This document shows, one piece after another, positions 23,273 to 32,000 of a stretch of 32,000 nt of DNA. Numbering within the stretch: position 1 is the stretch's first letter; each line of letters opens with the position of its first letter. Where the stretch lies: NCBI RefSeq assembly GCF_003945235.1, contig NZ_RSDW01000001.1:3390001-3422000 (forward strand), written 5' to 3'. A program made the position numbers and the translations under genes. The stretch comes from Edaphobacter aggregans. Lineage in GTDB: Bacteria; Acidobacteriota; Terriglobia; Terriglobales; Acidobacteriaceae. The notes below the pieces were generated by a model. The model did no database searches and was not told the origin of the DNA. It saw only the letters and a program-made list of their open reading frames with translations.

Positions 23273-24508
23273 ATGTTGCTATCGAAGATCTCAGTGGCGT
23301 GGGTGGCGATGCGACCCGGTTTTCGGAAGTTACGGAAGCGCCGCATTCTGAGTAAGGTGTTCTTTCGAACCCGGCTGTTCTATTGTGTGGGGTTGATTTT
23401 TCTCTTCCTGCTCGGGGCTCAGATTCCTCTACACGGGCAGAATGATCTCGCACTTCAGGCGTCAGAGTTGATGCGGACAGGCAGGTTCCATGATGCTGAG
23501 ATGCTATGGCGTCAGTTGGAAGAGCAGCATCCTGAAAATGCCTCAGTACATAGCAGCCTAGGAGTTGCGCTCGCGCAACAAGGGCAACTGGAGCAGGCTA
23601 CGGCTGAATACCGTAAGTCGCTGACCTTAAAGCCACATCAGCCAGATGTTGCGTTTAACTTGGGTCTTGCTGAGTTTAAGCAAGGACATTTCTCCGCTGC
23701 GATCCCCGCGTTTGAGTCGCTGGCGAAAGAAAAACCAGAGGATCATCGTACTGGGCTACTGCTGGGGATGAGCTACTTCGGCCTTCGCCAGTATGCCAAG
23801 GCGATCCCTTATCTGCAAAGAGTAATCAAGGATGATCCCTCCAATCTGGAACTACACAACGTTCTTGCTCAGAGCTGTCTGTGGAGCCGCCAGTACGACT
23901 GTGCGCTGGCGGAGTTCAAGAGCATTCTTGATGTCAACCCGGATTCGGTTCAGGCGCACATGCTGTTGGCGGAGGCGCTTGATGGCATGGGGAAAACAGA
24001 GGATGCAATCAAGGAGCTTGAGGCGACGGCACGCATCGCGCCGACTGAGCCGGTCCTGCACTTCGAGCTAGGCTTTTTGTACTACAAACAGCGCGATTAC
24101 GACCATGCATCGCCTGAGTTGCAACTGGAGATCAAGAATAATCCGGGATATGCGCAGGCTTATTTGTATCTGGGCGACATCGCGCTGCACTCAAATGACA
24201 ATGCGGCGGCTGAACCGTTGTTGAAGAAGGCGCTTCAGTTACAGGGAGAAAGCCGGCTGGCCTACTTCGATCTTGGTTGTGTTTATGCCGATCAGAACAG
24301 GGATCAGGAAGCTCTCACTGCTCTTCAGCATGCGGTTAAGTTGGATCCAACGCAGCCTGACGCGCATTATCGGCTCGCGCGGCTGTATTCGAAGCTTGGG
24401 CAAAAGGAAAAGGCTGCCCAGGAGTTTGCCAAGACGAAGGAACTGCATAGCAAGACAGAGGACTCGTTGATCCAGAAGGTGTCGGGCGATAATGGTACGC
24501 CGCAGTAG
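23273..24508 (+). CDS. Tetratricopeptide repeat (TPR) protein with N-terminal membrane anchor/signal
   Basis: Repeated about 34-aa TPR units, for example SVHSSLGVALAQQGQLEQATAEYRKSLTLKP, AFNLGLAEFKQGHFSAAIPAFESL and AYFDLGCVYADQNRDQEALTALQHAVKLDP. Hydrophobic segment LFYCVGLIFLFLLGAQ. The start could instead be the internal Met (MRPGF) at 23309. Confidence 0.8.
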   Translation: MLLSKISVAWVAMRPGFRKLRKRRILSKVFFRTRLFYCVGLIFLFLLGAQIPLHGQNDLALQASELMRTGRFHDAEMLWRQLEEQHPENASVHSSLGVALAQQGQLEQATAEYRKSLTLKPHQPDVAFNLGLAEFKQGHFSAAIPAFESLAKEKPEDHRTGLLLGMSYFGLRQYAKAIPYLQRVIKDDPSNLELHNVLAQSCLWSRQYDCALAEFKSILDVNPDSVQAHMLLAEALDGMGKTEDAIKELEATARIAPTEPVLHFELGFLYYKQRDYDHASPELQLEIKNNPGYAQAYLYLGDIALHSNDNAAAEPLLKKALQLQGESRLAYFDLGCVYADQNRDQEALTALQHAVKLDPTQPDAHYRLARLYSKLGQKEKAAQEFAKTKELHSKTEDSLIQKVSGDNGTPQ

Positions 24509-24532
24509 GACGTACTCCTTGATCAGGGAGCT

Positions 24533-26356
24533 ATGATTCAAGAGAAGAAGCACAGGCTCCAGGATGAAATGAGCAAGGCCAAAGCCCACATCTCGCGCCG
24601 GGATTTTCTATGGATGGCGACCTCTTCGACGCTGGCTATGGCTCAGGGCGTAACTACTCGAAATCTTAAACCGTTGCCCAGAGGTAAGCCGTCCGGTATT
24701 CCATTTCTCGCTCACTTTACTGACGTTGCCGCCCAGGCCGGGCTAACGATCCCTGTCGTCTATGGCGGGCTAAAGCATAAGGACTACATTGTCGAGACAG
24801 TGGGATGCGGAGTTGCCTTTCTGGATTATGACAACGATGGATGGCTAGATATTTTTATTTTGTCCGGTACGCGTACGGATCCGGCTATCCTGGATTCCAG
24901 CAATCGGCTTTACAAAAATAATCGAGATGGAACGTTTACTGATGTTACAGAGAAGGCAGGACTCGTACGGAGTGGATGGGCTAGTGGAGTTACAGTTGGG
25001 GACTATAACAACGATGGCTTTGAAGATATCTTTGTCACTTACTACGGTCAAAATGTTCTTTATCGCAATAATGGGGATGGGACATTTACCGATGTAACTC
25101 GACAAGCTGGATTGCTCTATGAAGGCAATACCCGATGGGGATCAGGATGCACCTTTCTTGACTATGACCGCGATGGGCATCTCGATCTCTTCGTAGCGAA
25201 TTATGTTGACCTGCATTTGGATCGTTTGCCAAAGCCTGGTGCGAACCCGTTTTGCAACTTCAAAGGCGTGGCGGTGAACTGTGGTCCTCGCGGGCTGCCG
25301 ATGCCTCGCAATTACTTGTATCGGAACCAAGGAGATGGGACGTTTCGCGATGTTTCTCAGGAGACTGGCATTGCGAAGGCACAGCGGACCTATTCGATGA
25401 CTAGCGTGGCCGCTGACTTTATCGGTGATGGCTGGACGGATCTTTATGTGGCATCGGATTCGACACCAAGTCTTCTGTTTCGAAACAAGCATAACTCTAC
25501 GTTCGTGGAAGAAGGGGCAGAGCGGGGTATAGCTTTTAGTGCCGATGGTGCTGAGCAGGCAGGCATGGGCGTTGCGGTTGGCGATTACAACCTTGATGGC
25601 AACCTCGATATTTTCAAGACTCACTTCTCCGACGACACGAATGTTCTGTATCGCAACGACGGAACCGGCAACTTTACGGATGTGACGATTTCCGCTGGCT
25701 TTGGGGTTGAGACTCGGTATATCTGCTGGGGAACGGGGTTCGCCGATTTCGACAATAATGGATGGCCAGATCTGGCGGTTGTTACTGGCTCCGTTTATCC
25801 GGAGGTTGAAGCGGAGTTTCTGGAATATCCGTTGAAGACGCCTCGGTTTATCTTTCGGAATCTCGGGACCGGGAAGTTCGAAGAATTGATTGAAGAAGCT
25901 GGGCCGGGAATTAGCGCTGTCCATTGCAGTCGAGGATGCGCCTTTGGAGATTTCGATAACGACGGCGACGTCGACATGGTCGTGATCAACTTGAATGAAC
26001 CACCATCGTTGCTTCGAAACGATGTTAGTGGCGATGGGAACTGGCTGAAGGTGTTCCTTGTTGGGACGCAGTCGAATCGAAGCGCGATCGGGTCGAGGGT
26101 TATAGCCAAATATAGCGGCAAGGCGCAGGCTCAGTCTGTTATGGCGCAATCAAGCTTCTATTCCGTGAATGATCGCAGGCTGCATTTTGGATTGGGGGCG
26201 AACGCTCGTGCTGATCTTGAGATCCATTGGACCAATGGCTTGATCGAGCGCTTTCCGGGCGTTGTGGCTAATCAGTTGGTGACGATCAGGGAAGGCAAAG
26301 GAATTCTTGCGTCCTCGCTGCCGGGCGTGAAGAGGCGATCGAACCAGGAACTGTAG
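24533..26356 (+). CDS. CRTAC1 family protein (FG-GAP/VCBS repeats + ASPIC/UnbV C-terminal domain) with Tat-type signal
   Basis: Twin-arginine motif SRRDFLWMATSSTLAMAQG. Repeated FLDYDNDGWLDIF, VGDYNNDGFEDIF, FLDYDRDGHLDLF and FGDFDNDGDVDMV units. ASPIC/UnbV-like tail NRSAIGSRVIAKYSGKAQAQSV...SSFYSVNDRRLHFGLG. The ATG at 24569 is an alternative start. Confidence 0.85.
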   Translation: MIQEKKHRLQDEMSKAKAHISRRDFLWMATSSTLAMAQGVTTRNLKPLPRGKPSGIPFLAHFTDVAAQAGLTIPVVYGGLKHKDYIVETVGCGVAFLDYDNDGWLDIFILSGTRTDPAILDSSNRLYKNNRDGTFTDVTEKAGLVRSGWASGVTVGDYNNDGFEDIFVTYYGQNVLYRNNGDGTFTDVTRQAGLLYEGNTRWGSGCTFLDYDRDGHLDLFVANYVDLHLDRLPKPGANPFCNFKGVAVNCGPRGLPMPRNYLYRNQGDGTFRDVSQETGIAKAQRTYSMTSVAADFIGDGWTDLYVASDSTPSLLFRNKHNSTFVEEGAERGIAFSADGAEQAGMGVAVGDYNLDGNLDIFKTHFSDDTNVLYRNDGTGNFTDVTISAGFGVETRYICWGTGFADFDNNGWPDLAVVTGSVYPEVEAEFLEYPLKTPRFIFRNLGTGKFEELIEEAGPGISAVHCSRGCAFGDFDNDGDVDMVVINLNEPPSLLRNDVSGDGNWLKVFLVGTQSNRSAIGSRVIAKYSGKAQAQSVMAQSSFYSVNDRRLHFGLGANARADLEIHWTNGLIERFPGVVANQLVTIREGKGILASSLPGVKRRSNQEL

Positions 26357-26373
26357 AGTATTCGTAAAAGAAC

Positions 26374-26404
26374 GGGCGCCGAGGCAGTGAAGCCTTGGGC
26401 GCCC
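26374..26404. terminator. GC-rich hairpin between the convergent CRTAC1 and TonB-dependent receptor genes
   Basis: gggcgcc (26374-26380) pairs with ggcgccc (26398-26404), with an inner aggc/gcct pairing. T-rich sequence follows only on the minus strand (GTTCTTTTAC), so it most plausibly terminates the receptor gene. Confidence 0.45.
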
Positions 26405-26416
26405 AACGTCTCCAGG

Positions 26417-29400
26417 TTAGAAGTAGAATTTTCCGCCGAGCTGCAGGCGACGGGCATCGGCGGAATTGGTTACCTGCCCGAAGTTCCCATCGGTGAAGCT
26501 CGTATCGAGGCCGCTAAATTGAGTGTGGTTGAAGGTGTTGAACGACTCGAACCGTAGTTCCAGTCTTGGGCCCTCGCCAGCTGTGAATGGGATGGACTTG
26601 AACAAGGCCGTGTTGAAGTTGAAAGTTCCTGGTCCAACAATGGCATTCCTCTGGGAGTTGCCAAAGCCTTGATTTCCACCGCCGAGCCATGGCGCAACCG
26701 GTGCGGCAAACGAAGCCTTGGTAAACCAGGCTGTTCTTGTTTTGGGATAGGTGATGTTGCTCACCACGTTCGGCCGGTTGGTGGTGCCACCGCCCAGTCC
26801 GAGCACATCGGTGCTGAAGGTCGGGTTGACCGGTGATCCTGACTGGGCAACAACAACTCCGGAGAGCGACCAGCCTCCAAGGAGCGTACGTTCGAGTGTG
26901 TTTCCGTGCGCGAAGGACGGTAAGGCATAGATATAGTTCACATTGAAGATGTGGCGTCGGTCGAGATTCCCGGACGCGTAGTCGTAGTGGATGTTGAACG
27001 GGTTCGAAACGCCATTCAGATCGCCGCTGACCGCATCGAGAGCATGCGACCAGGTGTAGGCAAGTTGCAGTGTGAGGCCATGACGATTCTCCATGCGCAA
27101 TCCCGCCTGGAAGCCGTTGTAGTTAAAGTTGGTTGCATTCTCTTCCTGAGTGATCGAGCCAAACCCGGGAAACTGCCGATACAGATTTGCGTTGGCCTTA
27201 CCACCGGCAACAGCTTGCCGCTGTGGACTATTCAAGGGCAGAGTATTGATATTCCGGTCGTTGTTCTGGTGCCAGCCGGTAGTACCAACATACTGGACTA
27301 CCGCAATGACCGACTGTGCGACTTGGCGTTGTACTCCCAGGCTGAATTGCGCTGTTCCGGGAGGCGTGTAGTGGAAGTCGAGGTTAGTGAGAGTTGAAGG
27401 GAATATAGCGTTACCCGCAGACTGCCCCGTAATAGCGCTGGTGGAGGGGTTGGAGAAGTAAACGTTGTTAGCGGAGGGCTGGAAGGCGAAGGGAGGATTC
27501 TGTGCAGCGTTATAGACGTCGTTGCCCTGGACACGTTCAAAGAACATTCCAAAGCCACCACGGACTACTGTCTTTCCGTTTCCGCCGATGTCATAAGCAA
27601 AACCAACTCGAGGTTGCCATGTGTTGTACCTGTTCTGGACATTTCCACGAGGGAAGCCATTAACACCAGCCAGCGAAATACCATTGAGATAGAACGGGGA
27701 ACCGTTGAAGGTGGTCAGTTGACTGGCCATGACGGTGCCGTCCGGGTTAAGAGGAAATCCCAAACCTGTGTTGTAGTTGGCTGCAACAAAATTAGCGAAC
27801 TGGTTAAATCGCTCATAGGCGTGCGGCAGTCCGTCGAAACGAATGCCGAGGTTAAGAGTCAGGTTGGGGACGATACGGTAGTTGTCATTTGCGTAGCCGG
27901 AGTAAGTGTTGTTGACCCAGTGCTTGCCGGCTAGATAGTTGAGTTGGGTAAAGTTGGCAGTGTCTCCCAGTAGGAAGTTGATATAGGAATCACCGGAAAA
28001 AGAAGTTGGGGTGAACTGTGCCGTGCCCTGTGTATTTGCTTGCAATTGCTGGTTCTTGACGGCACGCATATAGCTGAAGCCGAACTTCAACTGATGTTTC
28101 CCATGGTTCCAGGACACGTCATCCCGGACTTGGTAGTCGTTGAAGGAGTTTCTCCACGGGAAGTAGCTCGAGCTCCATGTGGTACCGTATGGCGCGCCTA
28201 GCTGTATCTCGGGCATGCGGCTTCCAAAGTTATTGGCTGCGGGGAAGAAAGAGGTAGCCGACCAGCCAGACGGCTGTGCTGATACGCCGACAGGATCAAG
28301 ATGAATGAGGTTGCCGTTGTAGTTGAAGGCGGTTTCGTTGAGGAGGTTGGGGGAGATGGTTTGGGTGAGTTTAATAACCGCCGCCCACGATGGGTTATAC
28401 ATCGCCGTGCCCACGGTTGGATAGCTGCTGTCTCCCCATAGGGGCGGAAAATAGGTCTGGTGCACATTGTCATGGACGTAATGACCCATGAGCTGGAGCT
28501 TGCTGTTGATGGCATGGTCGATGCGAACCAGGTCCTCGCGAACGTTGGTCGGTTGGGCTATGGACGAGATGTATTGCGAGGTGCCCAGATTGGGTTCAGG
28601 AAAAGTGCCCGCATTCATCATGAGGACTGCATTGGGGTCGAGCAGATTGGCGGGGATTTTATTTCCTGGGAAGGGTTGTCCGGCAATCAATCCGTCGGCC
28701 GTATAGAGTGCCTGTCTAGCGGGATCAGAGGTTATCGGAACAACCGGGATTGTGCCATTCGAGGGTACTGTATAGGTCAATGGTTGTCCGGCTACCGGGA
28801 AATTGCTGGCCGCGATTGTATTCTTGATGCTGGGCTGACTTCCCTGAATCAGCCTGCGCCACTCTTCGTTGACAAAAAAGAATGTCCGCTTGCGTTCGTT
28901 GTTGTAAATGTGGGGAATGAAAAGAGGTCCGCCTATATTGCCGCCGAAAAGGTTCAGGCGGAATTTTGGTCTCGCCTGGCCTGCAAAGTTAGTGAAGTAA
29001 TTGTTGGCGTCGTAGACTTCATTTCTATTGAAGTACCACAGTCCGCCATGGAAGTCATGAGAGCCAGATCTGACCACCATGAGAATGGTTCCACCTGAAC
29101 CGATGCCGTAGTCGGGACCGTAGTTGCTGTTGAGGGTCTGGAATTCGTTGATCGCATCGAGCGAGGGCAGGGTGCCGAAACAGCCACCGCAACCGCGGTC
29201 ATTCAACTCGCCACCATCAAGCAGGTAGATGTTATGGCCTGAGCGGGTTCCATTGAAGCTGATACCGTTGCCGGAGGTGAGCGCGTTGACTCCGTTGAAG
29301 CCCGGCAAGTTGTTGGAGACGCCCATGCCCAGGACCGCCAACTGCGTTATGTTGCGGCCATTGATGCCCAGCTGTGTTACCTGCGCACCACTGATCAGGT

Positions 29401-29806
29401 TGCTGATTTCGTTGGTCTGAGCCTGGACTTGCAGTACGTCCGCTTCCACGGTTACTGTCTGCGATTCGCTGCCGACAGTAAGGGTGACATCTTCCTTCAG
29501 TGTTTGAGCAACGTTCACAACGATGTCCGTTACGATGAATTTGTGAAAGCCTGACGCGACAGCGCTGAGCGTATAGTTACCCACGCCCAAACTAGGGAAG
29601 ACGTATTCGCCCGATGTGTTCGTCGTTGCTTTTCTCACCTGACCGGTCGCAGTGTTGGTCAGGGAAATTTCGACGTTCGGAACGACTGCCCCGGTGGAGT
29701 CCGTCACGGTTCCGGTGATGATTGCGTTTTCCTGAGCCCATGCGCTTGGAATTAGCAGCAGAGCCACGCTTAACATGACAATCAATGCGAATCGAGAACG
29801 ATGCAT
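26417..29806 (-). CDS. TonB-dependent outer-membrane receptor with N-terminal carboxypeptidase-regulatory-like (CarboxypepD_reg) domain
   Basis: Signal peptide MHRSRFALIVMLSVALLLIPSAWAQ. CarboxypepD_reg-like segment ITGTVTDSTGAVVPNVEISLTNTATGQVRKATTNTSGEYVFPSLGVGNYTLS, followed by a plug-like region. The long Gly/Asn/Tyr/Phe-rich beta-barrel ends in the OMP signature ...LQLGGKFYF. GGAGG lies 7 nt upstream of the ATG. Confidence 0.9.
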   Translation of the reverse strand: MHRSRFALIVMLSVALLLIPSAWAQENAIITGTVTDSTGAVVPNVEISLTNTATGQVRKATTNTSGEYVFPSLGVGNYTLSAVASGFHKFIVTDIVVNVAQTLKEDVTLTVGSESQTVTVEADVLQVQAQTNEISNLISGAQVTQLGINGRNITQLAVLGMGVSNNLPGFNGVNALTSGNGISFNGTRSGHNIYLLDGGELNDRGCGGCFGTLPSLDAINEFQTLNSNYGPDYGIGSGGTILMVVRSGSHDFHGGLWYFNRNEVYDANNYFTNFAGQARPKFRLNLFGGNIGGPLFIPHIYNNERKRTFFFVNEEWRRLIQGSQPSIKNTIAASNFPVAGQPLTYTVPSNGTIPVVPITSDPARQALYTADGLIAGQPFPGNKIPANLLDPNAVLMMNAGTFPEPNLGTSQYISSIAQPTNVREDLVRIDHAINSKLQLMGHYVHDNVHQTYFPPLWGDSSYPTVGTAMYNPSWAAVIKLTQTISPNLLNETAFNYNGNLIHLDPVGVSAQPSGWSATSFFPAANNFGSRMPEIQLGAPYGTTWSSSYFPWRNSFNDYQVRDDVSWNHGKHQLKFGFSYMRAVKNQQLQANTQGTAQFTPTSFSGDSYINFLLGDTANFTQLNYLAGKHWVNNTYSGYANDNYRIVPNLTLNLGIRFDGLPHAYERFNQFANFVAANYNTGLGFPLNPDGTVMASQLTTFNGSPFYLNGISLAGVNGFPRGNVQNRYNTWQPRVGFAYDIGGNGKTVVRGGFGMFFERVQGNDVYNAAQNPPFAFQPSANNVYFSNPSTSAITGQSAGNAIFPSTLTNLDFHYTPPGTAQFSLGVQRQVAQSVIAVVQYVGTTGWHQNNDRNINTLPLNSPQRQAVAGGKANANLYRQFPGFGSITQEENATNFNYNGFQAGLRMENRHGLTLQLAYTWSHALDAVSGDLNGVSNPFNIHYDYASGNLDRRHIFNVNYIYALPSFAHGNTLERTLLGGWSLSGVVVAQSGSPVNPTFSTDVLGLGGGTTNRPNVVSNITYPKTRTAWFTKASFAAPVAPWLGGGNQGFGNSQRNAIVGPGTFNFNTALFKSIPFTAGEGPRLELRFESFNTFNHTQFSGLDTSFTDGNFGQVTNSADARRLQLGGKFYF

Positions 29807-30248
29807 GATGCAGCCTCCAAATTTTGGTTGAACTTGCTGTTCAAAGAAGACTTCTGGCCCTTCTACCGTCCCCAGGCTATTTACTATCGAATTACTTGGC
29901 TCAGTGGGATAGAGACTTGCATGTGAACGTAAACGTTTTCTGCAAATTCTTCAGATCGCGTACAAATAAACGAATTACTGGGTCCAATATCGTTTTTTCG
30001 TATCTCGCGCGCCGTAGACTTCGTCTATCTGGCAGCACACTCTGGGTAAATGTTTACTCGGGTGGCAATGTACTTTGTAGGAATAGTTCTGTCAAGAGAA
30101 AACCGGCTCCGCAAAATGCGGATTTACTCGCGACAAGGACTGTCGTTCGAACGAACGTGCCCTCGCTATAACATCTTCTACCAACAATTGGAGCGCAGGG
30201 ACGAACTGCCGGGGTTTCGCGGTTGGTGAGCTATTACTAGTGTTAACT

Positions 30249-32000
30249 TTAGTAGTGCTTCCGTTGCAGGGATTCGGCCGGAACTGTTATCGACCCCATC
30301 CGGCCGGAATTTTCGTCCACTACAACAATACGAACGGATCCGGTGCTCTCACTCTTCTCAATGGGTTGGTCGAAAGGGATCCCATCCCTTAACAGCGCTT
30401 GATAGGTGGCGGGCTTCAAGGATAGTCCCAGCGTTTTCCCGGTAACCCGCGCGTGAAAACCATCATCGTCTCTTTGGGCCAGGAAGATGTCCAGATTGTC
30501 CACCCACCGTTCGCCTTGCTTGGCGAGAGCCAGGTCAGCCGTTGCTATGGCAAGCTTGAGGACGATCCCCGTTGACGCGGCTGCCGAATTCACACTTACT
30601 CCGATCTCGTTCGCGTCGAAAGGCTGCCATACCGCTCGGCCGAACCGCTCCTTTAGAGTGCTCGGTTCTCTGGAGTACTGGTAGCCATTGCGGTATCGTA
30701 ACGTCACTCCGCGCCGGGCGGTCGGCTTAATGGTCAGTACGTGGTACTGGCCGTTAGGCACTTCGTCGGGCGCAAAGCTGAGCAGATAGGTAGCGTGGCC
30801 ATCTTCGACAACCCCGTTTAGGGCTGCTGCGATGTTGCCGGAGCGGCGGATGGCGCGTCCCCCGGTGGCATTGGCTACCTCGCGCACAGGCCCCTGAATG
30901 GGGTGAAGATCTTGTTGTATCGGCGCAGTGGTTGGGGCAGACTGCGTGTTGACCGACGTCGGCGCATTCGAGCTTTGCGCCGCCTCGATGTCGCGCGCGT
31001 GCGTTTCGATGCTGACCTCGCTTCCCGTTTGAGAGGCATCGAGTGGATAGACAGCTACGTGGGCATCGTTCATCGCCTCCTGCGTTCGCAGGGAAAATTC
31101 ATCGATATGTTTGCTGCCCTTGTTGATACCTCCTGACTTATCAGACGAGCCGGATAGCACGCTATCGCTGGTGACCCAAACCAGGTTCTTGTGGCCAGGA
31201 ATTGCGGCAAGATGGCGGGTCACGCGGATCATGATCGACAACGTGTCTTGCGCTGGATTGCTGCCGATCTGACGCATTTCAGGGTCGATCAGAGTGCCCG
31301 CATTTGGTGCCTGAGAGGAGGTGCCACTCACGGTTTGCGGTTCGGGCTGACTGCCGGCAGTGTCCACCTGTTGCCGGGACCGATGCTCCTCTGCCTGCGC
31401 TCGTGCCAGGTCCTGAGAGTTGGGCATCCATTCGCTCAACTTTGCCGCAAGCACCGCGTGATCGGTCGTTCCCTCCGCCAGAACTTGAAAGCCATGCGTT
31501 TGCAGCACGTAGAGCGCAACGCGCTCGTTGATCGGGAGCACCTGAAGAAATCGCAGTATCTGCCCGCGAACGTAGGTCAACTCGGCCCACGTAAGGTTGC
31601 TGGCATCGATCAGGAGAATTGTGGTGTTGCCGGCCGTGTTTCCGATCTCCGGGCCTGCGTTCGCAGAGGTTGTTCGCCGATTTGAATAGGCGAATTGCGA
31701 CGGAGTCTTGCCGGATTCTGTTGCAGTGGCGCTTGGCCGGTTGAAAAATTGGATCTCCTGCTTGCGTCCGTTGTCGTAGATCTCGAGGTCCTCCGGCGTC
31801 AAGTCTGTTATCGGATGGTTCTTCTTGTCATAGGCCGTCACAGCCACGTCTACCAGGCGCGTTCTTGCTGGTAGAGAAAAGTTTCTGTCTGGCGAAGCAG
31901 AGCGTTGAGTTGCAGCAGTATCCGGAAACCCGGTCGAGTCTGCCACACTGATCTCTGGAATTGCAGCCTCCAGTGTTGCATTTGTCGCCGGGTTGGGAGC
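30249..32000 (-). CDS. VWA domain-containing protein of the acidobacterial TIGR03436 type (N-terminus outside window)
   Basis: The frame stays open to the window end, upstream of the track GTG at 31946. Family-like blocks are RLVDVAVTAYDKKNHPITDLTPEDLEIYDNGRKQEIQFF, TILLIDASN (MIDAS-like), AHVAVYPLDAS, LREVANATGGRAIR and YHVLTIKPTARRGVTLRYRNGY. Confidence 0.75.
   Translation of the reverse strand, partial: APNPATNATLEAAIPEISVADSTGFPDTAATQRSASPDRNFSLPARTRLVDVAVTAYDKKNHPITDLTPEDLEIYDNGRKQEIQFFNRPSATATESGKTPSQFAYSNRRTTSANAGPEIGNTAGNTTILLIDASNLTWAELTYVRGQILRFLQVLPINERVALYVLQTHGFQVLAEGTTDHAVLAAKLSEWMPNSQDLARAQAEEHRSRQQVDTAGSQPEPQTVSGTSSQAPNAGTLIDPEMRQIGSNPAQDTLSIMIRVTRHLAAIPGHKNLVWVTSDSVLSGSSDKSGGINKGSKHIDEFSLRTQEAMNDAHVAVYPLDASQTGSEVSIETHARDIEAAQSSNAPTSVNTQSAPTTAPIQQDLHPIQGPVREVANATGGRAIRRSGNIAAALNGVVEDGHATYLLSFAPDEVPNGQYHVLTIKPTARRGVTLRYRNGYQYSREPSTLKERFGRAVWQPFDANEIGVSVNSAAASTGIVLKLAIATADLALAKQGERWVDNLDIFLAQRDDDGFHARVTGKTLGLSLKPATYQALLRDGIPFDQPIEKSESTGSVRIVVVDENSGRMGSITVPAESLQRKHY

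Noticed and set aside
25142-26149. 335-aa ORF antisense to the CRTAC1 gene
   Set aside because: It lies entirely inside, and opposite to, a gene with clear FG-GAP/VCBS and ASPIC/UnbV motifs. Its translation is Arg/Ile/Asn-rich with no recognisable motif. It is a shadow ORF produced by the repetitive sense-strand codon pattern.
1-32000. Search for mobile elements, prophage, toxin-antitoxin, restriction-modification or other defence modules
   Set aside because: No transposase, integrase or recombinase motifs were seen. There are no terminal inverted repeats flanking a compositional island, no tRNA attachment site, and no nuclease, ATPase or methyltransferase signatures in any ORF longer than 100 aa outside the called genes.

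Overview
This looks like a chromosomal, mostly housekeeping segment from an Acidobacteriota (Terriglobia-like) genome. Supporting signs are a TIGR03436-type VWA protein, a TonB-dependent receptor over 1100 aa with a CarboxypepD_reg N-terminus, a TPR + CRTAC1/ASPIC-UnbV pair, and frequent GTG/TTG starts. I call 23 protein-coding genes, two of them cut by the window edges: an M28 peptidase, an exported TldD/TldE-like pair plus a small membrane protein, a Pro/Glu/Val-repeat tail-anchored protein, an M48 peptidase, a HIT protein, a disordered RGG/Q-rich protein ending in an atypical receiver domain, two tandem OmpH/Skp paralogues, lepA, an MltD-like LysM lytic transglycosylase, a charge-segregated histone-H1-like protein, bcp, lpxI, a Gfo/Idh/MocA oxidoreductase, an NlpE_N-META-DUF4377 fusion, a ceramidase-like membrane protein, a GH5 glycosidase, TPR, CRTAC1, the TonB-dependent receptor and the VWA protein. 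I saw no rRNA, tRNA, CRISPR array, transposase, integrase or recognisable defence genes. I did not find a convincing multi-gene novel system. The best leads are: (i) about 1 kb of non-coding DNA (9118-10154) with a terminator-like hairpin and a near-consensus promoter, which could hide an ncRNA; (ii) the acidic-head/poly-Lys-tail H1-like protein with near-identical 27-nt tandem repeats; (iii) the RGG-type disordered region fused to a receiver domain lacking the conserved Lys; (iv) a TldD/TldE pair that appears to be exported; (v) a drop in GC content after about 19.6 kb that coincides with an accessory GH5/TPR/CRTAC1/TBDR/VWA neighbourhood. All functional calls rest on motif recognition by eye. 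No database search was run.
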